The notes: generated by a model from the sequence alone, not told the origin. Positions 38,440 to 48,690 are shown, counted from the first letter of the stretch. The stretch is 64,000 nucleotides of DNA from an uncultured Alphaproteobacteria bacterium (GCA_963803575.1 CAWDMW010000002.1:799509-863508), one strand, 5' to 3'. Program-made: numbers and translations.

Positions 38440-38757
38440 TTAATATGGTGCAAAGCAATCATTTCCTCCAAGTGCCAGAACCATATCTGCGGCACCAAAA
38501 ATAAGCACGACATCCAGACTGCCAAACAAAAACATTCCCCATGTAATCTTATTCATCAGTGCAGCGATACCAATGATGAAAATAGATAATGCGGCAAGCC
38601 CAACCCCAACGGTTCCATTAGTAAACCATTCTGTAACTGTGCAAAGCGTACTGCCAATAGGAGCGCTATAAGCCATAGTTGGAAATAGCATTGCCAATAG
38701 TAGTAATGTTATGAATAATGTATGATCGAAGTGTCGGATATTTTTCATATGGATCAT
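38440..38757 (-). CDS. TrbC/VirB2-like type IV secretion pilin candidate
   Basis: Signal peptide (LFITLLLLAMLFPTMAYS-AP) followed by LCTVTEWFTNGTVGVGLAALSIFIIGIAALMNKITWGMFLFGSLDVVLIFGAADMVLALGG. This matches the layout of Agrobacterium VirB2 recalled from memory (...ICTFILGPFGQSLAVLGIVAIGISWMFGRASLGLVAGVVGGIVIMFGASFLGKTLTGG). The start is 38757 or 38748. Confidence 0.55.
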   Translation of the reverse strand: MIHMKNIRHFDHTLFITLLLLAMLFPTMAYSAPIGSTLCTVTEWFTNGTVGVGLAALSIFIIGIAALMNKITWGMFLFGSLDVVLIFGAADMVLALGGNDCFAPY

Positions 38758-38851
38758 ATTAAATATATAAGCATCCACTATATCACAGTAGCTGATCGTA
38801 GAAAAGACTTTGATTGTATTTATGTAGTATTTCACGGTACAACATAGAACC

Positions 38852-39316
38852 ATGCATATACATATTTTTGCCTTTGGCAAATGGAAACAAGCTCCTGAAC
38901 AAGCGTTATTTACCCACTACGTTAAACGGTGTCGCTGGAAAGTGGAACTCAGTGAACTTAGCAGCCAAACGCAATCATCTGTTGCTATGCAGCAAGAGTA
39001 TGATACAGCAATGCTGCTGCAAAAAGCCAAGCACTGGTCAGCGGAATCCTGTATTGCATTAGATGAAACAGGTGAGCATATGAGTAGTCATCAATGCGCA
39101 TCAATGTTTGGGCAATGGCAGGATAGCGGGGTGCGCCGTAGTGCCATACTGATTGGTGGTGATACTGGCCTAAACAAGCAGCAATTAATTGCGTGTGATA
39201 AGGTGCTGTCTTTTGGGCGTATGACATGGCCACATTTATTGGTGCGGGCATTGTTGGCAGAGCAGCTTTACCGTATGCAGACCATTTTAGATGGCCACCC
39301 ATACCACCGCGCGTAA
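38852..39316 (+). CDS. rlmH: 23S rRNA (pseudouridine1915-N3)-methyltransferase
   Basis: SPOUT family. MHIHIFAFGKWK...LIGGDTGL...LSFGRMTWPHLLVRALLAEQLYR matches RlmH. Confidence 0.85.
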   Translation: MHIHIFAFGKWKQAPEQALFTHYVKRCRWKVELSELSSQTQSSVAMQQEYDTAMLLQKAKHWSAESCIALDETGEHMSSHQCASMFGQWQDSGVRRSAILIGGDTGLNKQQLIACDKVLSFGRMTWPHLLVRALLAEQLYRMQTILDGHPYHRA

Positions 39317-39362
39317 AAAAAGATGCCCTCAAACCTATAGGGCTTGAGAGCATGTAAAATGT

Positions 39363-39902
39363 TTATTGGAAATCTTCAATGCCAATACAAAATCGCCGAA
39401 GTCTTATGCTATACCAGTACTGACTATCGTCACCTGGTATACATATAGAATGATGAATTTTTCCTTTTTCAACAATACGAGTCGTTTCAACCGCAATGCC
39501 GTAATATTGCAAAACTTTAACATGCTTATGGTGCAATTTTGGTTGGAGGATTTTTCCGTTATCCCACAACCACATCATCAAGCGTTTTGCTTCATCATGT
39601 ACTTTTTCGCCACCAGATATTAACATGTGACGATCCACCAGCCGCTCTGTATAAAGCCACCATTCTGCTCGATCGTCACAGCTTGTTGCCGAAACAATGT
39701 ACTTTATCTTGTCCAGCCCCATTTCTCTGGAATGAGATATCATTTCTGGAATACATAGAACAGGACGGAAACCAATCAAAGAATTATTAGTAGAAATTTC
39801 CTCTAGTAACTCTTCAGTGTTTTCTTCAACAGTTTGTTGTTGGTTTTTGGTCTTCAAGAGAGAACCAATGACCTTTAGAGTCAAGTTTAGAGTATTTTTC
39901 AC
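39363..39902 (-). CDS. hypothetical protein (179 aa, GTG start, AT-rich)
   Basis: Long ORF with no overlapping alternative. No motif recognised. Visibly AT-richer than the flanking genes. Confidence 0.45.
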   Translation of the reverse strand: MKNTLNLTLKVIGSLLKTKNQQQTVEENTEELLEEISTNNSLIGFRPVLCIPEMISHSREMGLDKIKYIVSATSCDDRAEWWLYTERLVDRHMLISGGEKVHDEAKRLMMWLWDNGKILQPKLHHKHVKVLQYYGIAVETTRIVEKGKIHHSICIPGDDSQYWYSIRLRRFCIGIEDFQ

Positions 39903-39946
39903 AATGTGAATAAGTAAACGTCTCCATTATCTTACGCGAGTTTCGT

Positions 39947-40447
39947 TTAATCTCCTAATATATTCTTATCTTCATCAGGCGTTTTACCCATATGCATCTC
40001 CCAGAAGCGTTGCATTGTGAGGTAGGTAAACGTTACTGACCAGCCAATAAGCAGCAGCCCATTCAGCACCTCCACGCCACTAATCATCCGCAATGCTCCG
40101 GTAGGGTATACATCGCCAAAGCCCAGTGATGAATAGGTTGAAGCAGAAAAATAGATGTAGGTTAGAAAATCATGTTGATTTTCACCTGATAAGGTAGGAA
40201 AGTCCGTATATTCCGCCAGTAACCAATATAGTATGCCATATGCCCATACAGTGATGGTGTGTGCAATAAACTGACTAATGACGACAACATTAATCAACCA
40301 GCGTGGCCTCGCACGTACCCGTTCAATAATAACGCATACCAGACGTAAATATTCGTAATGAATGGTTGTTGTCAGGCAAATCATGAATGCGGAAAGCCCA
40401 ACTGACCACCAGAAATGCATATCCTGAAACCATACATTATCTATCAC
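39947..40447 (-). CDS. small ion-channel protein (two-TM K+-channel-like pore, Ion_trans_2-like)
   Basis: TM helices followed by a pore-helix/filter-like YFSASTYSSLGFGDVYP and an inner helix ISGVEVLNGLLLIGWSVTF. The GTG start lies 1 nt after the polA stop. Confidence 0.65.
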   Translation of the reverse strand: MIDNVWFQDMHFWWSVGLSAFMICLTTTIHYEYLRLVCVIIERVRARPRWLINVVVISQFIAHTITVWAYGILYWLLAEYTDFPTLSGENQHDFLTYIYFSASTYSSLGFGDVYPTGALRMISGVEVLNGLLLIGWSVTFTYLTMQRFWEMHMGKTPDEDKNILGD

Positions 40448-40448
40448 G

Positions 40449-43211
40449 CTAATGTGCCTCGCCCCAATGTGCGCCTATACCAGTATCTACCACTAACGGT
40501 ACATTCAGTGATGCGGCTTTTTCCATAGTGCGTTGTATGTCAGGAATCAGATGCTCTTCCCCTTGCGCTATTTCAAAGACTAATTCATCATGCACCTGCA
40601 AAAGCATACGTGATGTAGTCTGTCGCTCACACAGCAATGCATGAACGGCAATCATGGCACGCTTAATAATATCTGCGGCACTTCCCTGCAAAGGAGCATT
40701 AATGGCGGCGCGTTCTGCAAAGGTGCGCTTATTCGGGTTACGCTCATGAATCATGGGGGTATGGCATCTGCGTCCCCATAAGGTGCTAACATATCCCTGA
40801 TCGCGCGCTTGCTGTTTCATGTCTTCCATATATCGGCGTATACCCGGATATTGCTCAAAGTACAAAGATATGTACTCAGCAGCCGTGGTGCGATCAATGC
40901 CTAATCGCACGGCCAGCCCATGAGCACTGATGCCGTAAATAATACCAAAATTGATGGTTTTGGCTTTGCGTCGCAGGTCCACATCCACGTCGTCCACATC
41001 CACATTAAACATTTGCGATGCTGTGGCTGCATGAATATCGCGACCATGTTTGAAAGCATCTTTTAATGGGGCAATGTCAGCCACATGTGCCAACAGACGT
41101 AGCTCAATCTGTGAATAATCAGCAGCCATCAGCGTGAAGCCTTCTTGTGCAATGAATGCTTCGCGAATCAGACGGCCTTGCGTGGTACGGATAGGGATGT
41201 TTTGCAGGTTAGGATCAGAGGAACTTAAGCGGCCAGTGGTGGTGGCCAGTGAGTAACTTGTATGGACACGTCCCGTTTTAGGGTGGATTTGCTTCACTAG
41301 TGCATCTGTGTAAGTGCTTTTAAGTTTAGCCAGTTGACGCCATTGCAGTACTTTATCTGGCAAAACGTGGCCATCTGCTGCCAAATCTTCCAGTGTTTGC
41401 GCATCTGTAACGTAAGCACCGCTGCGGCTGGATTTCTTCCCCTTAGCCAGTGCCAACCGATCAAACAGAATGTCGCCTAATTGCTTGGGCGAGCCAATAT
41501 TGAACGTTTCCCCCGCTAGCACGTAAATTTCCTGTTCAAGCGTCTGCATCTCTGTAGCAAAGCGGTTGGAAAGCTTGCGGAGTTTGTCCTGGTCAATTTT
41601 CACCCCGTGACGTTCCATCTCAACAATCACCGGAATTAACGGGCGTTCCATGCGTTCATAGACACTCACCAGTCCGGCCTGTTGAACGCGTGGCAAAAGG
41701 TGTTGGTACAGACGCAGGGTAATATCTGCATCCTCAGCAGCGTAATCTCGTGCAGCTTCCAGTGGCACATAATCAAACGTGATTTGTGACTTGCCGCTAC
41801 CCACCACCTCTTTAAAGGCTACAGGGGTGATACCCAGATGCCGCTGTGCTAATTCATCCATGTTATGCGCATGTGCGCCAGCACCCAGCACGTATGAAAG
41901 TAGCATTGTGTCAGCAACAGATGTGACAGATACGCCATAGGAGCGCATCACCTGCATATCGTACTTTATGTTATGGCCAATTTTTAACATGCTGGCATCT
42001 TCCAGCATAGGTGTCAGTAATGCTAAGGCGTCATCAAAAGGGATTTGTCCTTCTGCCAGCCGAACGCCATCATCGAATAAGGTGTCATTCCCTGCTATTT
42101 TATGAGCAAGAGGTACATACCATGCCGTTCCAGCGTGAATACATAAAGACAACCCCACCAATTCAGCCTGCGTGGCATCAAGTGAAGTGGTTTCCACATC
42201 AAACGCTACCGTGCCATAGCGGTAAATCTCGGTAATAATTTGCTCTAGTGTCTGTGTGTCCTGTACCAGCCTGTAGTCTGTTTCTATCGGATCATACGTT
42301 TTCTCCTCTGGCGAAGTAGGGGCTTGAGGAGCGATGCCTGATACTTTGCTGAGTCTGCGAACGATGGAGGTGAATCCCTGCAATTGGCAAAATGCCTGCA
42401 AGGTTTGTGTATCGGTTGGCTGCACCTGATACGAGGCAATGTCAGGCAGATCAGTGCAATCAGTACGCAAGGTGGCCAGCTCGCGTGAGAGAAGGGCTTG
42501 CGCTTTATGCGTTTCCAGCATTTCACGCCGTTTCTTTTGAGTGATGCTGGCGGTAGATTCCAGCAGGTGATCCAGTGAGCCATATTCCTGTATCAGCAAG
42601 GCGGCAGTTTTGGCACCAATACCCGGCACGCCTGGAATATTATCGCTACTATCTCCCATGAGTGCCTGCACATCAATCACTTTGTCCGGCGCAACGCCAA
42701 ACTTTTTCATCACATCATCAGTGTTCAGATACTGGTTTTTCATCGGATCATACAGCGTGACACCCTGATTCATCAACTGCATCAGGTCTTTATCGGATGA
42801 TACGACCAATGCCTGCATGTCACGCGCTTTTGCCTGCACGGCGTAGGTAGCAATAATGTCATCTGCTTCCATACCATCCTGTTCAATAATAGCAAACCCC
42901 ATGGCAGTGGCTGCTTCACGCACCAGAGGGAATTGCGGCACTAAATCCTCAGGGGCAGGGGGACGGTTGGCTTTATAGTCGGCATGAAGTGCGTGGCGAA
43001 ATGTTTTACCCTTAGCATCAAACACCACCACCGCATGGGTACAGGGCAGAGACTCACGTAGCTTCATGAGCATAGTGGTAAAGCCATACACGGCACCTGT
43101 AGGCGTGCCATCTGGACGGGTAAAAGAAGGCAGCTTGTGAAAGGCGCGGAAAATGAACCCTGATCCGTCAATCAGCATTAAGGTGTCAGATGTGGAAGGC
43201 GATACAGTCAT
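40449..43211 (-). CDS. polA: DNA polymerase I
   Basis: 5'-nuclease domain (LMLIDGSGFIFRAFH), 3'-5' exonuclease domain (VAFDVETTSLD), and polymerase motifs (DYSQIELRLLAH, RRKAKTINFGIIYG, QVHDELVFE). The start is at M29 (43211). Confidence 0.95.
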   Translation of the reverse strand: MTVSPSTSDTLMLIDGSGFIFRAFHKLPSFTRPDGTPTGAVYGFTTMLMKLRESLPCTHAVVVFDAKGKTFRHALHADYKANRPPAPEDLVPQFPLVREAATAMGFAIIEQDGMEADDIIATYAVQAKARDMQALVVSSDKDLMQLMNQGVTLYDPMKNQYLNTDDVMKKFGVAPDKVIDVQALMGDSSDNIPGVPGIGAKTAALLIQEYGSLDHLLESTASITQKKRREMLETHKAQALLSRELATLRTDCTDLPDIASYQVQPTDTQTLQAFCQLQGFTSIVRRLSKVSGIAPQAPTSPEEKTYDPIETDYRLVQDTQTLEQIITEIYRYGTVAFDVETTSLDATQAELVGLSLCIHAGTAWYVPLAHKIAGNDTLFDDGVRLAEGQIPFDDALALLTPMLEDASMLKIGHNIKYDMQVMRSYGVSVTSVADTMLLSYVLGAGAHAHNMDELAQRHLGITPVAFKEVVGSGKSQITFDYVPLEAARDYAAEDADITLRLYQHLLPRVQQAGLVSVYERMERPLIPVIVEMERHGVKIDQDKLRKLSNRFATEMQTLEQEIYVLAGETFNIGSPKQLGDILFDRLALAKGKKSSRSGAYVTDAQTLEDLAADGHVLPDKVLQWRQLAKLKSTYTDALVKQIHPKTGRVHTSYSLATTTGRLSSSDPNLQNIPIRTTQGRLIREAFIAQEGFTLMAADYSQIELRLLAHVADIAPLKDAFKHGRDIHAATASQMFNVDVDDVDVDLRRKAKTINFGIIYGISAHGLAVRLGIDRTTAAEYISLYFEQYPGIRRYMEDMKQQARDQGYVSTLWGRRCHTPMIHERNPNKRTFAERAAINAPLQGSAADIIKRAMIAVHALLCERQTTSRMLLQVHDELVFEIAQGEEHLIPDIQRTMEKAASLNVPLVVDTGIGAHWGEAH

Positions 43212-43299
43212 GGGATCGAAATAAAACAGAATTGCAATCAATGTGCAATCACCGTATAGTTTCCGACCTATAGATAACGATGAAAGGAATGCCAATTTT

Positions 43300-43968
43300 A
43301 TGACAAACGCTATGCAAGGTACTGCTGTTTCTCCTGCTTCCGGCCAACCGCCTAAACAGGTTGTCTTGTTGCTACATGGTGTAGGAGCAGATGCGAATGA
43401 TTTAATTGGATTGGCGCCGGCATTTCAGGACATATTGCCAGATGCCGTGTTTGTCTCGCCTAATGCGCCGTTCCCATGTGATATGGCACCCATGGGCAGG
43501 CAATGGTTTAGTCTGCAAACGCGCGAACCGTCTGCCATGTTGGAGGGTATTCATGATGCACGACCATTACTGAACGCCTATATTGATGAAACATTAGAGC
43601 AACATGGTTGTCTGATAAGTGATCTGATTGTGCTGGGCTTTTCACAAGGTACGATGATGGCGTTGCATACGCTGCCATATCGCGCGCAAGCCTGCGCGGC
43701 TATCCTTGGGTTTTCTGGCGCGATGATTGACAGCACGGCTCAGGCTAAGCATGTCACTTGCAAGCCACCAGTGTGCTTAATTCACGGGAATGCCGATGAA
43801 GTCGTGCCATTTGCGGCAATGGATGATGCGCGTCAATCGTTAAGTGCTGCCGGACTAACTGTTGAAACCTCGGCGCAACACGGGTTGGGGCATGGCATTA
43901 ATTCGGAAGGCATAGAGGTAGCGAAAGGGTTTCTCCGCCGTACCTATCTGGCTAGAGGCGCTGCTTAA
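43300..43968 (+). CDS. phospholipase/carboxylesterase family alpha/beta hydrolase
   Basis: VVLLLHGVGADANDL, nucleophile elbow GFSQGTMMAL, and the C-terminal HGNADEVVP...HG pattern of Abhydrolase_2. Confidence 0.75.
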   Translation: MTNAMQGTAVSPASGQPPKQVVLLLHGVGADANDLIGLAPAFQDILPDAVFVSPNAPFPCDMAPMGRQWFSLQTREPSAMLEGIHDARPLLNAYIDETLEQHGCLISDLIVLGFSQGTMMALHTLPYRAQACAAILGFSGAMIDSTAQAKHVTCKPPVCLIHGNADEVVPFAAMDDARQSLSAAGLTVETSAQHGLGHGINSEGIEVAKGFLRRTYLARGAA

Positions 43969-43974
43969 AATGAC

Positions 43975-44895
43975 ATGTCTGCGATAGACATATTATTGGA
44001 TGACTTCATTAATGCGCTTTATGCAGAGCGTAACATATCGTCTCATACGGCGGCTGCGTACCGCCGTGATGTGAGCGCATTCTTAAACGAGCTTGCGCGC
44101 AATCACGTTGCCGTGTCAGATTACTCTGCTCAGCAGGTGGAAGACTGGATAGCACATAAAACGAATGAGGGTTATGCACCAGCCAGTATTTCACGCGCAC
44201 TGAGCAGCATCAAACAATTCTCACTGTTTTTACTGGAAGAGGGGTTGCGTGAAGATAGCCCTACAGAGCCTATCAAGCTGCGCCATCGTCATCAGTCATT
44301 GCCGCACACTATCTCTAAAGAGACGATTCACCAGTTAATAGATCATATTCTGCATAATGATGCACCCCATGCAGTGCGCCTCTATACGATTCTGTACGTA
44401 CTTTATACGACAGGTTTACGCATTTCTGAATTGTTGCAATTACGCTATGACGACATAAGCATCACCTCACACGAAGAAAACCGTATCATGTGCTTGCGTG
44501 TGAAAGGCAAAGGAAGCAAAGAGCGTTTAGTGCCTCTACATACGTTAACGCAAGGTGTGCTGTCACGTTACCTAAAATTGCGTGACAGCTTCATCATAGG
44601 AAGTAAAATGTCCCCATGGTTGTTTCCTTCTTATGCTAAGCAAGGACATATCACACGTCAGGCGGTGTCCAAAGCCTTAAAGCAGCAGGCAATAGAGGCA
44701 GGGTTAGACCCTGTCGGTATCCATGCGCACGCGCTTAGACATTCATTTGCCAGCCATATGTTGGCGCAAGGCATAGATTTACGTACCATTCAAACGTTGC
44801 TTGGCCATGCCAGCATTACCAGTACCGAAATCTATACCCATGTAACGTCCGGGCATTTGCAGGAGCTGGTGGCAAGCAAGCACCCGCTGGCTTAA
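43975..44895 (+). CDS. xerD: tyrosine recombinase XerD
   Basis: [22 protein letters not shown], and [16 protein letters not shown]...HPLA at the C-terminus, which resembles XerD. Confidence 0.8.
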   Translation: MSAIDILLDDFINALYAERNISSHTAAAYRRDVSAFLNELARNHVAVSDYSAQQVEDWIAHKTNEGYAPASISRALSSIKQFSLFLLEEGLREDSPTEPIKLRHRHQSLPHTISKETIHQLIDHILHNDAPHAVRLYTILYVLYTTGLRISELLQLRYDDISITSHEENRIMCLRVKGKGSKERLVPLHTLTQGVLSRYLKLRDSFIIGSKMSPWLFPSYAKQGHITRQAVSKALKQQAIEAGLDPVGIHAHALRHSFASHMLAQGIDLRTIQTLLGHASITSTEIYTHVTSGHLQELVASKHPLA

Positions 44896-45392
44896 TCGGT
44901 ATGTCCAAATAATGATAGATATTCTCCGTATCCTTCTGATTCCAGCTCTGCCAACGGTATGAAGCGCAGTGCTGCAGAGTTAATGCAGTAGCGCGCTCCA
45001 CCTGCTTTTGCGGGGCCATCATTAAAGACATGCCCAAGATGGGAGTTGCCATTGCTGGATCGCACTTCTGTACGACTCATACCGTGACTTGCATCGGTTT
45101 TAGACACAATATTGCCACCATCAATAGGCTTAGTGAAGCTTGGCCACCCTGTGCCGGAATCGAATTTATCCAGCGATGAAAATAAAGCTTCGCCACTTTG
45201 GACATCGACGTAAATACCTGCTTCCTTATGATCCCAATAATCATTGTCAAAGGCTGGTTCAGTCCCATCATGCTGGACAACATATTTCTGCATTTTAGTT
45301 AGGGGTTGGGAAGACATGACAGGTTCCTTTGCTTGTAGGTTCGTGGTCAGTAAAGACAGGGTGATGGCGGCTATTGCGTGACGTGGGTTCAT
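44892..45392 (-). CDS. msrB: peptide-methionine (R)-S-oxide reductase MsrB, secreted form
   Basis: Signal peptide, then [11 protein letters not shown]...[11 protein letters not shown]...[10 protein letters not shown]...RYCINS. Confidence 0.9.
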   Translation of the reverse strand: MNPRHAIAAITLSLLTTNLQAKEPVMSSQPLTKMQKYVVQHDGTEPAFDNDYWDHKEAGIYVDVQSGEALFSSLDKFDSGTGWPSFTKPIDGGNIVSKTDASHGMSRTEVRSSNGNSHLGHVFNDGPAKAGGARYCINSAALRFIPLAELESEGYGEYLSLFGHTD

Positions 45393-45442
45393 ACTTACTA
45401 TATGGGATTAGTAAGGCAGATTCGCAACCGCATGATGCAAGC

Positions 45443-45475
45443 AAAAAAAAGCAACCCTACAAGATGTAGGGTTGC
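45443..45475 (-). terminator. rho-independent terminator of the 113-aa gene
   Basis: On the minus strand: gcaaccctaca-tctt-gtagggttgc followed by T8. Confidence 0.75.
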
Positions 45476-45491
45476 AAGGGCTCAGCTAATA

Positions 45492-45833
45492 CTACTTGTT
45501 AATTTTTTTAACAGTTAGTATTAGGCTGAATTTCTTGTTTCCAAGATCGTATGTTGAATATTCAACAACTTCCCAGCCTATAGAGGCTAAGAAATAACCG
45601 ATTTTGATAACAGCACCCTGTTCATCACGCTCGTTTAGAGCATGAATTTTGACGATTGCGTTTGTGTCGCGTTCGCCAATGATAAACTTTCCTTTGAGCT
45701 TCGCTACAACATCCTGTTGGGTGCAGTTGCTGCACTCAACATAAATGGAAGCAATCTTTGCATTTACTTCAGTCATAAGAATAACTGTTGCAAATGCAAA
45801 AGCCGTCAATCCAGCTAACAAACGATTTTTCAT
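45492..45833 (-). CDS. small secreted hypothetical protein (113 aa)
   Basis: Signal peptide MKNRLLAGLTAFAFATVILMTEVNA. It has its own terminator and is AT-rich. No motif recognised. Confidence 0.5.
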   Translation of the reverse strand: MKNRLLAGLTAFAFATVILMTEVNAKIASIYVECSNCTQQDVVAKLKGKFIIGERDTNAIVKIHALNERDEQGAVIKIGYFLASIGWEVVEYSTYDLGNKKFSLILTVKKINK

Positions 45834-45983
45834 GTTTTTCGAAATAATGTACTACGTTGTCATAATGCCAACATAGCATGATTGGTAACCGTATGCTTTA
45901 AGCATAGGGGAATAAGGATAACCAACTATGTTGGGAATTGACTCTTTAATAATACCACATAATTAATGAAAATTCAATAAAAG

Positions 45984-46895
45984 TTACGTGCGCAAATAAT
46001 CCAGGATTGTTAAGTTAATGATCTTAGCGGTGGTGCTAAACGCTGCTTGCAATTGCGTTTCATAATTTGCCAGCTCTGTAGAGACGGAAGCAATATCGGC
46101 TTGTTTTAACTCAGCGGTGAAATTTTCCAGCTGTGTTAGGCTCGCTTCATGCGCGTCCTGATGGTTCAGCATGGTGGTGGCATTCAATGACAAAGTATGT
46201 TGCAGGGTAATCATCTTGTTAGAGGAAGCAATCAGTAAATCCATGGTGCCGTCTCTCGTATCATCGTCACCTGGTGTGTTAATCAGCATATCCATGGCGC
46301 GCAAGGCTTCCTCAAATGCAGCTTCATCGGCATTGACTCCATAAGTAATCGTGTAGCCATTATCTGCTTTCACGGATTTGCGCACATTGTCACCCTGATA
46401 ATAATCCGTGTCTGCCGGATCGCCCAGCGTGAAGGGGGTATCATAATCCGCATCCGTAATGTCTACCGGTGGTGTGGTCGTGTCAGTACCTGAGAAAAGA
46501 TAGCGACCCTGATATTGCGTGTTTAATGCAGCAATCATATCATCATAGACCGCTTGTGCAGAGGCTACCAGCTCGGCATCTGTGAGCTGTTCATTACTGA
46601 TTGCACCACTAATGTTGGCCATCAGCAGATCAAGCTTTTCAATCATATGGCTGACTGTATCGTAATATACCTGCGTTTCTTCCTGTGACACGCGCAGATT
46701 ATCAATGTAGGACTGGGTACGGGTGACATCGCTTTCCAGCTTGATAATCATCTGGCTATCATCGGCAATGCCGCCCCAATTCACGGATTTCAGGCCGGTA
46801 CTGATCTGTTCATTACGTTTATTAATTTCCACCTGCAAACGCATATTTTGCTGAATCATGCTGGTGTTATGTTGGTATGTGGCTACGCGCATCAT
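45984..46895 (-). CDS. flgL: flagellar hook-associated protein 3
   Basis: Flagellin-like N-terminus MRVATYQHNTSMIQQNMRLQVEINKRNEQISTGLK and a conserved C-terminal helix. It follows flgK. Confidence 0.75.
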   Translation of the reverse strand: MMRVATYQHNTSMIQQNMRLQVEINKRNEQISTGLKSVNWGGIADDSQMIIKLESDVTRTQSYIDNLRVSQEETQVYYDTVSHMIEKLDLLMANISGAISNEQLTDAELVASAQAVYDDMIAALNTQYQGRYLFSGTDTTTPPVDITDADYDTPFTLGDPADTDYYQGDNVRKSVKADNGYTITYGVNADEAAFEEALRAMDMLINTPGDDDTRDGTMDLLIASSNKMITLQHTLSLNATTMLNHQDAHEASLTQLENFTAELKQADIASVSTELANYETQLQAAFSTTAKIINLTILDYLRT

Positions 46896-46917
46896 GAGGG
46901 GTTATCTCCTTATATCG

Positions 46918-48663
46918 TTAATTCACTGCATTAAGTAAACGGTCAAACATTTCCTGTATGACACTTATCACCGTGGCAGAAGCGGCATAGGCGTCCTGAA
47001 TAACGGTAATGCGTGTCAGTTCTTCATCTACATTGATGCCAGTGAAGTTCAGTAGCGCTTCTTTCGCGGTTTCATATTCAAGCACTGCATTCTGGGCATC
47101 ATTTGCCGCATCTTCCACTTTCTCCGCACCACTGGCAATAACAGTGCTGATATAGCCCTGAAACGTGTCGGTTTGCGCGCTTAACTCACCGGCTGCATCA
47201 AAGGTTTGTTGTGCTTCAAAAGCTTGCAGCATGGCAAGTGAACCGCTGGAATCACCGGCTTTTACCCCTTTATCTCCTACAGCTAAAGCGGCATCATCAT
47301 TTAAGCGGCCTGTAGTCATATATTGCGGAGTATCAAGCAGATCGTCACGGACACGTATATTTTCGGCATTGGTGCTGCGTGGATCAAACAAGTTATTCAA
47401 TCCGAAATAATCAGAAACGCCTTGTCCGCTACCAGCAGTATCTACCGCTCCCACATCACGCAGCGCAATGCCGTTTCCTGCTGTTGCCTGCATGGTTAAA
47501 GCACCGTTCCCGTCAATCGCTGCACTAATGTTTGCCATCCCGTTAATAGCTGTCACCAGATCAGTGACGGTATTGATAGTGGTCATGTCAATGTCCACAA
47601 ACTCAACCACATCACCGGACGTGTCTGTCGCTGCCACGCGGAATGTGCCTGTACTCCCCGCTAGTGATGACGCACCAGTGAAACCTTGTGTGCCGCTTAG
47701 CGAAGGAGGGGCTGTGACAGAAGCACCGCTATTATGTGCGGTATTTAATGCCGTCATCAGTTCGGTAGCAAACTCATTGAGTTTCTCCTGCTCTTGCACA
47801 AATTCTGTATCACGCAAATCAAGCAAAGCGCCTAATTCTCCGTTACGAATACCACGGGTAATGTCTTCCCCTTCAACTGATATGCCGCTTAATGCACCCG
47901 GGTAGCTCTCGTCACCGGTAATGAATGATGATGAAGTAAACTCAAGTGTTTTTGGTTTACTCCCAAGCAATAACTCTCCTGTATAGCTATAAATCTGGAT
48001 ACGATCCTGACTGGTGGTATGATACTGAATATCCATCAACCCAGCCAGTTCTTCCAGCGCAATCATCCGTTCATCTTCCAGATCAGCAGATTCTATCTGG
48101 CGGCCTTCTGCATTGAGGATTTCTTCATTCAGGCTATCAATTTCTTCAAGTAGGTCATTAATTTCTCTGACGGTTTTGCCTATCTCCTGATCTGCCCGCT
48201 CGCGCAGCGCCTGTATCTCATCAGACTGACGATTCAGTTGAAAAGCTAAATCATCGGCAGCTTGTGATACATTAACACTGGCAGAGCCATTTTCAGGCGT
48301 TTGCACTAATGTCTCTACCGATACAACCAGACTATCAAGCGATGCAGTCAGACTGCTTTGCCCGCCTGTTGTTCCCATACTCTGGTCATAACTCTTCATG
48401 AACGTATCAGCGACCGTGAAAAACCCTTCCGTACTTTTTTCCTGTATGACAGTTTCGCTTAGGAAAATATTGGTTTCGCGAACAATATCATCGCGGTAAG
48501 CAACAGACGTGCCATTGACCGAAAGATATGCGGTTTCCTGATAGGATTTACGCGTATAGCCTTCGCGGTCAGCATTCGCGACATTTGCAGATGCAACGGC
48601 AATCTGGTTTTGAGATTTTCTCAGACCATAATTGGCCGAGAGTAAAGCACCGGTGAGTGACAT
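46918..48663 (-). CDS. flgK: flagellar hook-associated protein 1
   Basis: N-terminus MSLTGALLSANYGLRKSQNQIAVASANVANADREGYTRK and C-terminus VDEELTRITVIQDAYAASATVISVIQEMFDRLLN. Confidence 0.85.
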   Translation of the reverse strand: MSLTGALLSANYGLRKSQNQIAVASANVANADREGYTRKSYQETAYLSVNGTSVAYRDDIVRETNIFLSETVIQEKSTEGFFTVADTFMKSYDQSMGTTGGQSSLTASLDSLVVSVETLVQTPENGSASVNVSQAADDLAFQLNRQSDEIQALRERADQEIGKTVREINDLLEEIDSLNEEILNAEGRQIESADLEDERMIALEELAGLMDIQYHTTSQDRIQIYSYTGELLLGSKPKTLEFTSSSFITGDESYPGALSGISVEGEDITRGIRNGELGALLDLRDTEFVQEQEKLNEFATELMTALNTAHNSGASVTAPPSLSGTQGFTGASSLAGSTGTFRVAATDTSGDVVEFVDIDMTTINTVTDLVTAINGMANISAAIDGNGALTMQATAGNGIALRDVGAVDTAGSGQGVSDYFGLNNLFDPRSTNAENIRVRDDLLDTPQYMTTGRLNDDAALAVGDKGVKAGDSSGSLAMLQAFEAQQTFDAAGELSAQTDTFQGYISTVIASGAEKVEDAANDAQNAVLEYETAKEALLNFTGINVDEELTRITVIQDAYAASATVISVIQEMFDRLLNAVN

Positions 48664-48690
48664 AATAAACTACCTGTTTGTTGTGAGATG

